Source: Sphagnum compactum (taxonomy: Eukaryota). From it: a stretch of DNA of 64,000 nt. This document shows positions 38,200 through 50,892 of the stretch, in pieces (the first letter of the stretch is position 1; each line of letters begins with the position of its first letter). The DNA lies in NCBI GenBank assembly GCA_965153455.1, contig OZ234493.1:2108001-2172000 (forward strand), read 5' to 3'. The notes under the pieces are model-generated. The model saw only the letters and a list, made by a program, of their open reading frames with translations, was not told the origin of the DNA and did not search any database. A program made the translations under genes and the position numbers.

Positions 38200-41100
38200 T
38201 GGGGGGATGGAAGGGAATTGCAGGAAAGGTTTTGCAGTTGTATGGTTCTTATATCTGTCTACTTGTGAAGGTAAATGGAATGGTAGCCAAAAGGTTCTCA
38301 TGTTGGAGGACAATGGACCCTGCTTACTCCTTTCAGCTCTGAGCCTCTTTCTGCTATTAGACTTTTTTGCAGATCTACTCCCATGCTCAAGCTCAGGCAG
38401 GTACTTCTCTCCTGTCTCCACTCCTTCCCTTCTTGAAGACCAGTTACTCTGAAACTGAAACTGACCCACCACTACTCTTGGTGATCTCTTTCACACCCCT
38501 GAACTTTGCCAAAAGGATTGAGGCAATGAAAGTTTCTTGAGCATGGCAAGGACTTGTTACAGAAATGGCAAGCCTTCATTTCAAATCCTTTGTTGGCATT
38601 TTCTCAATCATAGACCTGCATGTCAGACTAAAGCCAAAATGGAAGATGAAAAATTTGGCAAGACATTGGTGAACATTCAGGTTGACTCTCATTTTCTTGA
38701 TTTGGTTTGAATATCTCCAGAACAGAGATGCTGGTTCCAGTTGCTGGATTGTCACCCACTCTTAAACCACCTTTGCCCGCACAAGTCCCAGCTGCTTGAA
38801 TCTTCATTTCTTTGTCATTGTGATCAAGGGGAGTTCAGGGTTTGCTTCTTGTTGATCAGCATCACAACCAAAGCTTTTTTGAGATTGAAGCCTCACCTGC
38901 TCTGTTGCCTGCCAAATAATTTTCAGGCAGCTGCCCTGGAACTCGCACTTGCACGGATCAATGTTGCTAAATGGCATGGTCCTCTTGACAAACAGTGCAG
39001 CTATACATCAGCTGCTTGAGTGCAGCAACCCAACCCTTCACTCCAAAGGACTTTTGTGGTGTTTGAATCAACTCAAGCAGAAGATGTGAGGGCATGTCCC
39101 ACAACTGAGGATATTGTTTGTAGCTGAGCACCAGTAGCATTGCTTTTGTCCAACGAGTTGATCCATTCTCAACTACTGAGGCTATGTCAATGCAAGAGAC
39201 TGGTTCTCGTAATTTGAGCTTCTCATGTTGAAGTAGACCCTCAGTTATGAAGTGGCACTACCATCCCTAGCTGTCTCTTCCTCTCAACTGCTTTACAGAA
39301 TAGCTGCCACAACAAGAGGGTCCCACCACACATCCTGTTATCACTATAAGTAAGTGAGAATCAAGTTATATCCCATCTGTCAGTGTTATCACAATGTCCA
39401 CATATTAGCTAGACATGCAAGAGAAGTACGCAAGATGATCATCTAGGAACCATGACAAGATTGAAGCAGGCAAGGGTGGGGAGTGCGGTACCGTATCAGA
39501 ATCCATAGGAAGGGTGTGCTGAAATGGTTGGCATACAAGTGGAAGACTCCAGCACACCTGCTCTGTTTTAAGTGTTATAACCCTGTCACAAACTGCCCCG
39601 TGATTTTGACAAACCTTATTCCTGAAAAGAAAAACATGAGTCAGATTTAAAGTCATTCGGAAACACATACTGTCAAGGCTTCTTCTCAAGACTACTGGGC
39701 AATAATCTGCAAAGACTATTATTGCCCAGAATTCTATGTTCAACAGAGGCTCTGGAAAAAGCTGTTTACTGTAATTTCCTGTCTCTTTCAACTTTCACAA
39801 GCCTGCGAAAATTGGAACATTTTTGGTTTTCTAAGTCTGGATGTTGGGACTTCTATTGTTCCTGGGTCCAACAGAGTGTAGCAAAAAACACAGAATGAGG
39901 GTTGTGGCAACCTACATGCTGGAAATCCCAAAGTGATGCTCCAGTATGTCTAGCATGCATGGCATGCCAATACACAAACAGTTCCTCATGATGTGTGCTT
40001 TTAATCAACTTCTGACTCAATAGCCTCTGCGAGGACTATGAGTTCTCTGACCTTGTTCACAAATCCCAATCCTGTCAGCCCCCTGTCAGGGAAAGGGATC
40101 CTTTATCTTCATTGATGGAATCTCTCTCCAGTTGCCTCATGGCATGGAGCCACAGCAGGCTCCGGCATCAGATTGCTTCTTCCTCCTTGTCTTCTTTGCA
40201 ACACAGGTGGGTTGATGCTAGAAAAGAGAACTTCATCACCACACTTAATCTTGAGCTTCTTCAACAGTGGGAGCTGGGCAATGATCTGGCTGTCTTTCAA
40301 GTCCACCTTCACCATTTGCTTTCCCCATGGGAACAGTCAACTGTGACCCACCTATCATTACCATAAGAGCCACCTTCCCTCTCAATTACTCTGTCTCTCA
40401 ATCACCAACGTCTGTCACCCTCTGTTGCGTCTTCTTCAGCAAATGATTCTACCCATTGATTTCTCTTCAATGACATAAGACTCTTCTTCATCACTTCAGC
40501 CAGAGATGTCTTCTTATATTGCTCAATGATATCCTCAAAGCCAGAGGATACCATTTGCCTGTCCTTTACCAACAACTGATTTCATCATTCCAAGTGCTGT
40601 CAGTGCTCAGCACTTGCATTCCAGTTACCATTTCTTTATTCATCATGCCTCCATTCTCCTGAATGCTCATTGTCCACAGTTGATGATTTACTTTGGCCTG
40701 AAATTTGGGACCCAACTCCTGCTCCATAACTGGTAATTGCTACTCAATTGTAACCATGACATTCTTGACTTGAATGGATCAAACTTTCCTTGCTGGTTCC
40801 CCTCCTTAACATCGACACTTGAGCATCCCCACCCATTCTCAGCATTTGGGCCACCAACTATATATCGCACATCCAGGAGCTACCAGTTTCCCAAGCCCCA
40901 TCTATAAACCTGAAAACTGGGACTGGAAAAGGTGGGAGACTGCTAATGTCCATCAGAAACAGGGAGCAGCAGTCAAATCATATTTGTTAGACTCTTCCGT
41001 GGCTTTTCTGGGACCAAAGAAGATGTGCATTTTCCATGACCCACAGGAGTCTTCCAGTGAGCATACTGGATGTGACTGCTGCACCTCATCCAAGATTTCC

Positions 41101-42866
41101 AGTGCAGGGTGGTTTACTGCTTGCCGCTGGGGATGCTCTTATACACTCCTCTATGATGGTTACAATGTCTTTTGATGGTAACAATGTCTTCCAATGCAGT
41201 TGCATCCAACAACATCCTCCATTCAAATGGAGGAACTCCGCTATTTGTACAGACATGGAAAGATTCTCTCCACTGCAAATGACAAACCACCCTCAACCTT
41301 TTTCTATGTTGGCAAATGGTTTCACCCTGTGTCAACAATATCTTTCCTGCTGGTGCACCATCAGTGCTTATCTTGTCACTGTCCTCCTCTGGAAGCACAT
41401 CCAGATCACCTCCCTGTTGTACTCCTGGAATAAAGAGAAACACCCTGCTCTACCTCTGCAAAAGCATGCATCTCCACAAATGTCCTCTTTGCATGATCAG
41501 CTTTCATCTTTCCAAGACCATCTATCTGTTGCTTGTCTTCATCATCCTGTTCTCCTAACATGTTCCCCAAGTCCGCAGGATTACCTTGAGCACTTTGCAT
41601 TGTATTGAGGTTTCTATCCCAGAACCACCCTTCAGATTGTCTGCAGAAGAGACTTTTTCTACTCTCCAGAGCTTGTCTTGTGGACAGAGTTCACCCAATT
41701 CCAAGAGTTTGTCAAGGAGTTTGTCGAGGAGTTTGTCTTGGCGAGAGGAATATCTTCCCATTCCCAAGAATTCAGCTTGAGACAGGAGTTATTCCATTTC
41801 TAAGGGTACCAGAACGGTTGTCTCTTGGTGTTTCATAGGTACATGCTGTTCTCTTCCATCAACTTCACCATCCTCCTTGGCAGGATCTCCCTCTCCATAG
41901 AAATATCCCTTGGTATCACATCATCATCTCCATCAACCAGAGATAGCACAACTTCTACAGGATTGTGGATCATAGCTCTCACCTTTTCTTCAACAGATCT
42001 TACACTCATAAATTCTGTTTCAGCTCCCCTATCTCCTCTTGTAATCTGTTCTTTCACATCAACTGCCTCTTCTTCAGTGCAATCCCTGCTATCACCTCCC
42101 TCTTCATCAAGATAATCTGTACTAAAAGAGTCATTCCCCTCTGTTGCCCTTGTCTTGCCGTGATTCAGAATCTCCTCAACAATTACCTCCTGGACATGCA
42201 AAAAAACTGCAGGTTCTTCAAGGATTTCATTCACTTCTAGCCTGATGTTTGTCCCCTTAACACCGTTTCTAGAAGACTCCACACTGATTTCCTCCTCACT
42301 GTCTTCCTCCTCATGTGGAGCTCTCCCCCCTTCACATCCTCTTATACCAATGAGGAATTGTTCGTCCACTTCATCCTGAATCTTTGAAACGGGATGAGTT
42401 TCACTGGCGTGCTCTGAATAACAGAAAAATTGAGTGATCAATCCAGGAGCAAGTTGTAGTTGTTCACCACCTGCAGCCTCCACTTCATCAGCAATGCTGG
42501 GTCTCTCTTCTTCATCAACTCTGTGAACCTCATGAAGGGCCTGTCATGTTCAGGGTCTCCTACTCCATTAGTTGAGATGCTGAAATCCTTCAGACCTCCC
42601 AAAGAGCATTCCATCTCCATAACAACATCTGCCTTAACATTATTAGGAGCACACTGTTCAATAATCTCCCATTGTTGTCTAAGAACTGGTCCCTGTTTCC
42701 CTTCCTCCAGTGCTTCCATGATGTCTTCATAAGCCTTGAGATCAGTGCCATCCCTCTCCCTGCTGTTTAGTTCAAGAGCCCCTTCTCTTGGTTTACAAAA
42801 CCCATTCAAAGATGGACCTACGATTCTTCAGAATAATATGTGAGAACATTCCTGTCTGCGTGTGCG
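38200..42866 (-). pseudogene. Frameshifted continuation of the 45110 ORF
   Basis: Chain of abutting or overlapping minus-strand ORFs (42438-42809, 41833-42483, 41555-41767, 41114-41443, 40109-40315, 38194-38472) with similar acidic/Ser composition and coding-like GC. A visible frameshift joins 'GDPEH' to 'QALHEVHRVDEEERPSIADEVEAAGG' near 42545. Confidence 0.55.
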
Positions 42867-45110
42867 CTATGAAACCTGTAAACAAACTGGGATCTTACCT
42901 GATTTCTTTGTAGCACAATGTCGGGTGGCAAATCTTGGTAACCCATCCTGAAGAAAATGTAAAAGAAGGGTTTGGAAGTGACCACCAGCATCCAGGCCCT
43001 CCTTTCGGGTTTTATGCCTGCCAACCCTTATTAGCTTGCCTTCCTTGGGCTCTTTCTCAATGCAAGCAGTTCGATTCTCTTTCATGACTCCTATATACTG
43101 ATCTTCTCTCATGAGAATCTGTTCAGTACCTGTGTCAAATAATCTTCTTTCCCCTGGATCTCTGTCACCAATTCCCTCATTACATGACACCCCTTGCACC
43201 CCACAGGAGATTCTCTTTCTGTCAATTGCATTCTCAACTGGCTCAGTTTCCTTTGGCCCATTGCCATGTTTCCAAACCTTATATGACATTGAATCAGTGG
43301 TTGCATCTTTCATCTTTACAGAATTACCTCTTTCCTCTGGACTTTTTTGAGCCTGCTTCTCTCTATCTTGCAAATGGTATCTTGAGTTAGAATCCATGAA
43401 TTCTATGGATGCTGCTTCTTTGAGGTATTTGCTATCACCTTTTATCCATGGTGACCTCAAAGGCTGTAAACCCTTGTCCTCTTGCCTTTCCACTGCCACC
43501 TTCTTCAAGCTTCTTCTAACTGCAAGTTCATGCTCTGGACAACCTTCAACAACCTGTGCTTCTTTGAAGTCTACTTCACCTGGATCAGCCCACTTTTTAT
43601 GATGCCTTTGATCAAAACTTGCCTTCCATGTTTGTGGTGGATGTTGTTGTAGCTTCTTGGAACTTCTTCCCTGAAGAGTGCTGAATTCTGCCCTAATCTG
43701 ATGCAGGAGCAAATCCAGGCCATCTGATTTCTGTGCCTTGGGTTGAGTCTTGAAGACAGTCACACCTCCCCTATCCCCAAAATGGGTAGTCTCAAATCTC
43801 TTCCTTCTTCCACAGTCAGCTCCAATCTGCTCCTGCACTGACGGCAGCATAGCCATGTGCTCTTGTTGGCCTCCTCTCCTTTGATTCTCTGTGGTTTCAG
43901 GACCTTTTCCCAACACCATTTTCTTATCACAAACTTTGTTATGAAATGTTGTTTTTAGAGGTTTCTGCACGACTGTTGCATCAACAGTAATGGTGCCCTT
44001 CCTCAATCCTAATTTTTCCAAAGAGGTGAGAATGCTTCTTTGCTCTGAATCACACTGCCATTGGCTGGGTTCAATGTGGTCTGCAGCAATCATAGATTTG
44101 TTCCTTCTATCCTGTGCTACCTCAATTGCATTCACAATCCCCTTCTTCTTCTTCATCTTCTGCTGCTGCTGCTGCTGCATACCACAAGTGATCTGACCTG
44201 CAATAATGACTGGTTTGATGGGTACCACCACTTCAGGCTTTTGCTTCAGACTAAATGTCCATGCAGGTCTCTCTTGGAGTACGGATGTGCCTTCATGTGA
44301 CACAACTGTACTAACACTGGGTTTGGAATTAGCAATCAATCTCCTTCTCTGCTGTTCTACAACAGCTTTGGTAAATTTTCTTCTCCTCTCCGAGTCAATT
44401 TCTGCTGCCTCCCTGGATTTCTCCCCTTCACCACCATTGACCTGGGTTGCAGCATCCTGTGTGCACCGGTGGCTGTACACCGCAAGTCTCTCAATCCCAC
44501 ATGAATCCGCTCCTCCAGTTACTTGAGTCTTTTTGAGGCCAATGTGCTCCTCTGCTGCCATGGTAATCACATTTGAGCAACCACCAGGAGGAGCACATTG
44601 ATCCCGACCATAACTCTTGTACTCCTTTGCTGCCATGGCAATCACATTTGAGCAAGCATCTGGAGCCCAATGTGGATCCCGACCATAAATCTTGTACTTC
44701 TCTGCTGCCATCATGGTCATCACATTTGAGCAACCACCAGCCCATGCATCCCGACCCAGCCTACCAACTTGGAACTCTCTCTCTTCCTCCTCTTGTGGCA
44801 TCATCATCATCAGCTGTTGCTTTTGATGTGCCTCTTCAACCACAGCCAGTTGAAACAACTCTCTGCTCTTCTTCTTCTTCTTCTTCTTCTTCTTAGTCTT
44901 CTTTCTCTTCTTGTTCTCATCAGTGAAAATTCTCGGAAGTGTTACTGATGGCCATAATTCCTTCGCTGCTATTGGTGGTGCTACAACTCCTTTCCAAGTT
45001 GCCAAGGACCGTCCCATGATCATCACCCTTGCTGCGGTGGACTGCTGCTGCTGCTTCTTCTGCTCAGGCTTCTTGTTGTTCTTGTTGTTCTTCGTCTTGT
45101 TGTTGTTCAT
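42867..45110 (-). CDS. 747-codon low-complexity orphan ORF; intact 5' part of a longer decayed frame
   Basis: Uninterrupted ATG-started ORF rich in K/E/Q, with three ~25-aa repeats '(G/D)xCSNVxxMAAxxYKxYGRD'. No recognisable domain. Confidence 0.5.
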   Translation of the reverse strand: MNNNKTKNNKNNKKPEQKKQQQQSTAARVMIMGRSLATWKGVVAPPIAAKELWPSVTLPRIFTDENKKRKKTKKKKKKKKKSRELFQLAVVEEAHQKQQLMMMMPQEEEEREFQVGRLGRDAWAGGCSNVMTMMAAEKYKIYGRDPHWAPDACSNVIAMAAKEYKSYGRDQCAPPGGCSNVITMAAEEHIGLKKTQVTGGADSCGIERLAVYSHRCTQDAATQVNGGEGEKSREAAEIDSERRRKFTKAVVEQQRRRLIANSKPSVSTVVSHEGTSVLQERPAWTFSLKQKPEVVVPIKPVIIAGQITCGMQQQQQQKMKKKKGIVNAIEVAQDRRNKSMIAADHIEPSQWQCDSEQRSILTSLEKLGLRKGTITVDATVVQKPLKTTFHNKVCDKKMVLGKGPETTENQRRGGQQEHMAMLPSVQEQIGADCGRRKRFETTHFGDRGGVTVFKTQPKAQKSDGLDLLLHQIRAEFSTLQGRSSKKLQQHPPQTWKASFDQRHHKKWADPGEVDFKEAQVVEGCPEHELAVRRSLKKVAVERQEDKGLQPLRSPWIKGDSKYLKEAASIEFMDSNSRYHLQDREKQAQKSPEERGNSVKMKDATTDSMSYKVWKHGNGPKETEPVENAIDRKRISCGVQGVSCNEGIGDRDPGERRLFDTGTEQILMREDQYIGVMKENRTACIEKEPKEGKLIRVGRHKTRKEGLDAGGHFQTLLLHFLQDGLPRFATRHCATKKSGKIPVCLQVS

Positions 45111-45319
45111 CTTTTTCCTTCTTGTTCTGATTCATTTCCTCCAACATTCTGTGTTTGCTCACATTCCTTCACTGCTTAGATTGCTACAGACAAGAGAAAG
45201 CAACGCCAAAACTGGCATTTTTTTTTTGGCAACAAGAAGCTCACGAGCATCACCATCGCCGGCCGACTGACACCAACACCTCTGCAGCCTCGAACCGTCA
45301 AGATGTTCAGCAGACGCGA

Positions 45320-46860
45320 TCCACATTCGCCAACTACCCACCCACCCAACCAACAGACACACACTACTGTTGGCGACCAATTTCGCCAAAAAAACAAAAT
45401 TATTAAAAATTAAAAACTTGTCAATGGAGCTTCAAGTGATTTTTGAAGGGTTTCTTTCAATCACCAAAAGCAACCAAAAAATAAATAAAATTAAATCATA
45501 ATAAATATCATAATATTTCAGTTGGCAAGTTATGTTCGATAGACACAATTCACATTCGTCAACTACCTACCTACCTACCTACCTGTCTACCAACCTACCC
45601 ACCCCATAGACACACTATTATTGTTGATGACGACCAATTTTGCCCAAAAAAAAGAAATTTTAAATTTTAAAAATTCATAAATGAAGTGATCTTGGAGAGT
45701 TTCCATCACCAAAAGAGAGAGAGAAAGAAATTGAATCATAATAAACATCATATTTGAATTGTCATGATGTTCGGTAGGCACAATTCACATTCATCAACTA
45801 CATACTTACCTACCTATCGACCTACCCACCCAACATACATACTTACCTACCTATCAACCTACCCACCCAACATACATACTTACCTACCTATCAACCTACC
45901 CACCCAACATACATACTACTTTTGACGATCAATTTCGTCGAAAACACAAATTTTAAAAATTTAAAAACTCATAAATTGAATTTTGATTTTGGAAGGTTTC
46001 CATCACCAAAAGTGAAAAAACAATTGAATCAAAATAAATATCATATTTGGAATATTAAGATGTTTAGAAAACGCACTTCACGTTTGTCAACTACCTACTT
46101 ACTTATCTACCAACCTACTCACTCAACAAAGCACATTATTGTGGGTAGCAACCTTTTTTTTTTCTATTGGTGAAAATTTCATTAAAAAGGTGAAATTAAA
46201 AAATAAATAAAATTTCATAATTGAAGTGATTTTGAAAGGTTTCCATCACCAAAGAGCGAGAAAGAAAAAATTGAGTCATAATAAATATCATATTTACTTG
46301 GCAAGATGTTCGTTCAGTAGACACAATTCACAAGTGTCAACTACCTACCTACCTACCTACCTATCTATCAACTTACCCACCCAACAAAACACTCTTCATT
46401 GTTGGTAGCAACCTTTATTTTATTGGTGTAATTTCATTCATCAAAAAATGAAATTTAAATTTAGAAAAAAAATTGAAATTGAAATGATTTTGGAAGTTTC
46501 CATCATCAAAAGCAAGAACAAATAAATTGTAATACCTAATGACTAATTTTGTCAAAAAGAGAAATTAAAAATTAAAAACTGATCGATCTATGAGGATTTT
46601 CATCACCAAAAAATAAGAAAAAATTGAATCACAATAAATAACATATTTAAATTGGCAAGATGTTTAGCAAACACAATTCACATTTTTGAACTATCTACCT
46701 ACCTATCTACCTACCTACTCACCCGACAAAACACACTACTTGTTGTTGGCAACAACCTTTTTTTCCTATTGGTGAAATTTTGTCATAAAAGTCAAATTTA
46801 AAATTCAAAAATTTCAAAAATTAAAGTGATTTTAGAAGGTTTCCATCACCAAAAGTGAAG
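45320..46860. repeat. Array of ~5-6 degenerate 200-350-bp modules with (ACCT)n tracts, including a 37-bp unit x3 at ~45804-45920
   Basis: Recurring 'ggcaagatgtt...cacaattcaca...aactacctacctacc...cacacta...ttccatcaccaaaag' blocks. Confidence 0.75.
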
Positions 46861-47829
46861 GAAAAAAATCATAAAAATTGTCAAATTTCTATATTTGGTT
46901 GTCAATGTGTAGCCATGAATATAGATGGTTGATTAAAGATTTTTATTCCACGTCTGGTTGGTTTATAGCCAAATTGGGCTAAATTTTCCTAAAGATGTTC
47001 ACCATTTTTTCTACATCTTCCTATGGATGATTGCCATTTAAACTACATATAGAAATTTTTAAAAAATATATAATTGGCAATCTTCTTCCACCCAAGTGAA
47101 CTAGGACTCATTAGCCCATTAATGAAAGATGGATGGTAAGTGGTGATTAAAATCGTTTTTTGTTTGTATTTAATTCTCTAGTTAACCATGGTGGTTAATT
47201 CATTACATGTTTGTTTTATAAATCATAACCTTTGGTCAATGAAAGTTATCTTTTTATTTCTCATTAATTATATTTAATTTATACTTAAACAAATGAAATT
47301 GATTAGAATTTTTCATTAGGTTGTCATGTTTTCCATCATTTAATGATTTCAATTCATTATGATTTTTATTTAGTGGGATTAGTTCAATGATCAATGAAAC
47401 ATTTGCAAATTATGCAAAAATCATTTAGATGTAAATTGATTAACATAAAAATATTGTGCATCAAATCAAATTACATTTCAATATTTGAAACTCATATAAT
47501 TTTCTTTCAAAATTGTGGGCTAGAAGATTTTCAAAAGTCAACAATCCTTGACTCCTTTGATAAGGTTTGTATTTTATACCAACCTTTTCTTATTGGCTAT
47601 AAATAACCAAAGTGAACTTAAATATTAAAAGTGCTAAAATTTAATGCATTTTGAGATTTTCAATACTCAAAATTTGATCAATTTTTTAAAAAAAATTGGT
47701 AGATTTCTATACATGGTTCAAATAGGTAGTCAAAAATATAAGAAGATGTCCAAAAACCTCAACATTCGTATTTAGCTTGTGGCCAAATTTGGCTAAATCT
47801 TCCTATAGATGATTGTCACTTTGGCTACA

Positions 47830-48030
47830 TCACACAATTGACAAAAAAAACATTAGAATTGTGTATCCAAGCACAACATCAAGTTTAATAATCTTCATGC
47901 ATTTCTTAAGACTTGAATGTTTGATCAATGAATTAAGTTTTAAAACCAACTTGTTTTTCCCTTCAATGGACAAACAAATCTTACATTTGACCATTTTCAT
48001 TTTGCCCCTCTTCATCATCCCCAAGAAATA
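47830..48030 (-). mobile_element. Probable hAT transposase N-terminal zinc-finger remnant
   Basis: 'GKMKMVKCKICLSIEGKNKLVLKLNSLIKHS' has a CxxC...H spacing like BED/TTF-type fingers. Fragment only. Confidence 0.45.
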
Positions 48031-50193
48031 TGCAACAAATGCACCAAATCACAAAATTCAACTACAAAACTTACAAGTAGATCCAAATTGGAATCAAATC
48101 TTAGATTTGCTAAGACACTCCTCCCTTCCTTGAATTGCAAATTTGAATCATGTTACTCTATTTTGAGCATTCATGACCAAACCTTGAGATGCAAAACTCA
48201 ACCTACTAACTTACTTTCACACTTTTTGTCCATTTTTTTATAGGTGCCAACTTTTCTTGTAAGCTTACATAATAGATTTACGATAGTAGAAGCTTCTCTA
48301 ATTAGTGGAGGTGTGACATGTGATTTCTAAAAGGAGTGGAATTAACAATGGACAACATAAGTTACTCATCCATGATAACAACAACAAATGCACGTCATGT
48401 GCCTTGAGCATGGCTACTTGACATATTTGAATGGTTGATTTACAATGACAACTAAATGTCAACTAGCAATGAGACTTATTTGGGAGATTTTTTTGCACCA
48501 TTTGTTTTTGGTTGCAAGTTTGCAAAAATTTGATCACACAAAAAAAATTAAAAAAATTGCCTTCAAGCAATGCTTTTTAATTTTTTTGTTTTGAAGTAGT
48601 AGTACCATCATTAATGAACATCCCAAGAAAGATTTTAAAAATTTATTGGTTGACATATTTAAAAAAGAAGAACCATCCAAATTTATAAAGGGGAAAAAAA
48701 CTAGTGAAAAATTTAATGCCCCAAACTCAAAAAAAATAGTTGAAAAAATGCGGTGAAATTTTTCTCAAAAATCTTTTTTAAATTAACGAAAAGTTGACTA
48801 CACTTTTTTGTTTTAAAAAAAAAAAAACGAAAACATAAGGAACTTGAGACAAAAAAAAGTTCCTTTTCCACTTTTTTGAGATTGAAAAGAAGTGGGAAAT
48901 TTGCCACGTAAGAAAAGCTTAAGTACCACCAAAAAAGCCAAGTTGACAAATAAGAGAGAATTGAAATTGGAGGAAAGCATCAATGGTGAAGAAGTCCAAT
49001 GTAGTATATACCAATGTAGTTGAACTAGCACGTACTCCACTCCACTTGAACCTGATCCTTAGATGTATGTAACCCTCAATTTCAGCTACTACTCTCAAAA
49101 GGAAGGCCTAAACCCTAACACAAACTATGAAAAAGGCTTGACATATTATTATATAATTTATGTATGTATGAGTTTAGGCCAGAGTGAACCAACAGCCAGC
49201 AACCCAGCATGAGGGATGAGGGATGGATGATGGGTGGACAGAATACACACTTGTCCATAATTGGGTTCCTTGGTTTGTGTAACTAACCACACTGGTTAGC
49301 TTAGTATTGTGTTTTGACTATCTAGTAGTACCTTCCAATGTTAACCTATGTTCTAACCAATCTAGATGTCATCACCAATTATTGTACCTATGGCCTATGT
49401 TCCGGGACCTATCCTTTTACCAACCGGGGATAGCATGGTTACCAAGGTGAAACCTGAGTTGAACTCAGTTAGGATTCATCCACCACAAGTGAGTGGTGGT
49501 ATAAGCAAAGCTTTTAATGGATGGTGTGCTGGTGTGTACTGTTGGCTCACACACTCTGGTCATTAGTTTTTCATCCACAAATATCATCTCTCTCTGTCTC
49601 TCTCATTCATTTTTCTCTCTGTTAAAAGTTTACAGCCAAAAAGCAGAATTTCTAACAAAGAAATTACTAAATAGTAACAATTTTGAGGAGCCCATTTTTG
49701 TTTTTATTTACAGGAGGGTAAATGTGAAGATTCTGGCAAATTTGCCATGGAATTTGCTTCTCATGCATATTCTGCTCTGGAATTGTCTGACAGTTATGTC
49801 CGGTTCCTGAGTTCCGTGTCGAGGAGACGACGATGCTCCTCCTCCTCGCGGGCGGTCCCCTCCTTGTCGATCAGAGCCTGAGACGAAGGATTTCTTGCCA
49901 AAATCAAAAGGAATCCTTGAGAATTTCGTTGTGGAGCTTCAAAAATCTGTCTCGCAAGCACTTGTCACTTAGATTTGGACATGATGCAGTAGTGGCCGAA
50001 CCAAATTTCCGATCAGGTACGTTGTTTTTGTGGAAGCTCATGTTAAGCTCCAAAATGCTGCAGCAACAGCAGCAGCTTTGGACGTGATCATCTGCCCGCA
50101 GCTCCAGCTCTTGTGACCAGAAGTGTAATCGGAAACTCGCGGCACAAAAGAATTTGGGTTGAAGGATTAATAGACTAATGGGTCAGTGATCAG

Positions 50194-50892
50194 TCAGTGC
50201 CATCTTCCCTTCATTTTCACAGGTATGCTATTGTGGTCTGGGGATGGGGTTCCGGATCCTGGACCTATCGTTCCTTTTGCAAGCTGGCTGTTGAGGGCGA
50301 ACTTTGATCTACCCGCTGCTGCAACTGGATAATTATTCTTACGTCGAGAAGTGAATGAGTAGTTTACTTGTGGCCTTGCAGTGCGATCAAATGTTGATCC
50401 ATTTGCTCCTGGTGCAGATTCATCATGTGATCCTGCAGTACTACCCTTTGAAAGAGTTCCAATAGATGTTACAGCTGCTGCTGCAGCAGCTTCCGACTTC
50501 TTGGTAGCTGTCCTATAGTTTACCTCCAGATGATCGAAATCAGGTGGGATGATGATCGAAGCAGAAGGCGGTCGTCGAACTGCGCCGCCACCCCGTGTTG
50601 TCTCGAGAAGGAATTTCAAAGCTTTCTGAATACCACGACTGGCAGACGACAGAAGTCTCTCTGCAAGGTTGAAGCTGTGATTTGAGTTCATACCTGCACC
50701 ACCGACGTTTTTCTCACGGTTGACTAGCAGAATGAAACTAGAATGATCCGTTGTTGTACTCGCGGGCGTCGCCGGCCAGATCACGCGTCCACAATGAACA
50801 CTCCAAGGGCAGACTACTAGGATGAGAATGAGAATCACAAGCACAAACACTCTTGCATGGGTACTTATACACACATGAATAGCATGATCCAT
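50194..50892 (-). CDS. Secreted small-signalling-peptide precursor, IDA/IDL-like, 232 aa
   Basis: Single-exon ORF with a hydrophobic signal peptide 'RVFVLVILILILVVCPWSVHC/GR', a variable middle, and C-terminal 'LAKGTIGPGSGTPSPDHNS', which aligns with the IDA EPIP motif 'LPKGVPIPPSAPSKRHNS'. Confidence 0.7.
   Translation of the reverse strand: MDHAIHVCISTHARVFVLVILILILVVCPWSVHCGRVIWPATPASTTTDHSSFILLVNREKNVGGAGMNSNHSFNLAERLLSSASRGIQKALKFLLETTRGGGAVRRPPSASIIIPPDFDHLEVNYRTATKKSEAAAAAAVTSIGTLSKGSTAGSHDESAPGANGSTFDRTARPQVNYSFTSRRKNNYPVAAAGRSKFALNSQLAKGTIGPGSGTPSPDHNSIPVKMKGRWH

Noticed and set aside
16363-50892. Functional cluster of a subtilase and an IDA-like peptide (protease plus substrate)
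   Set aside because: The subtilase is a dead SBT2-type fragment 25 kb away with unrelated genes in between. Proximity is probably coincidental.
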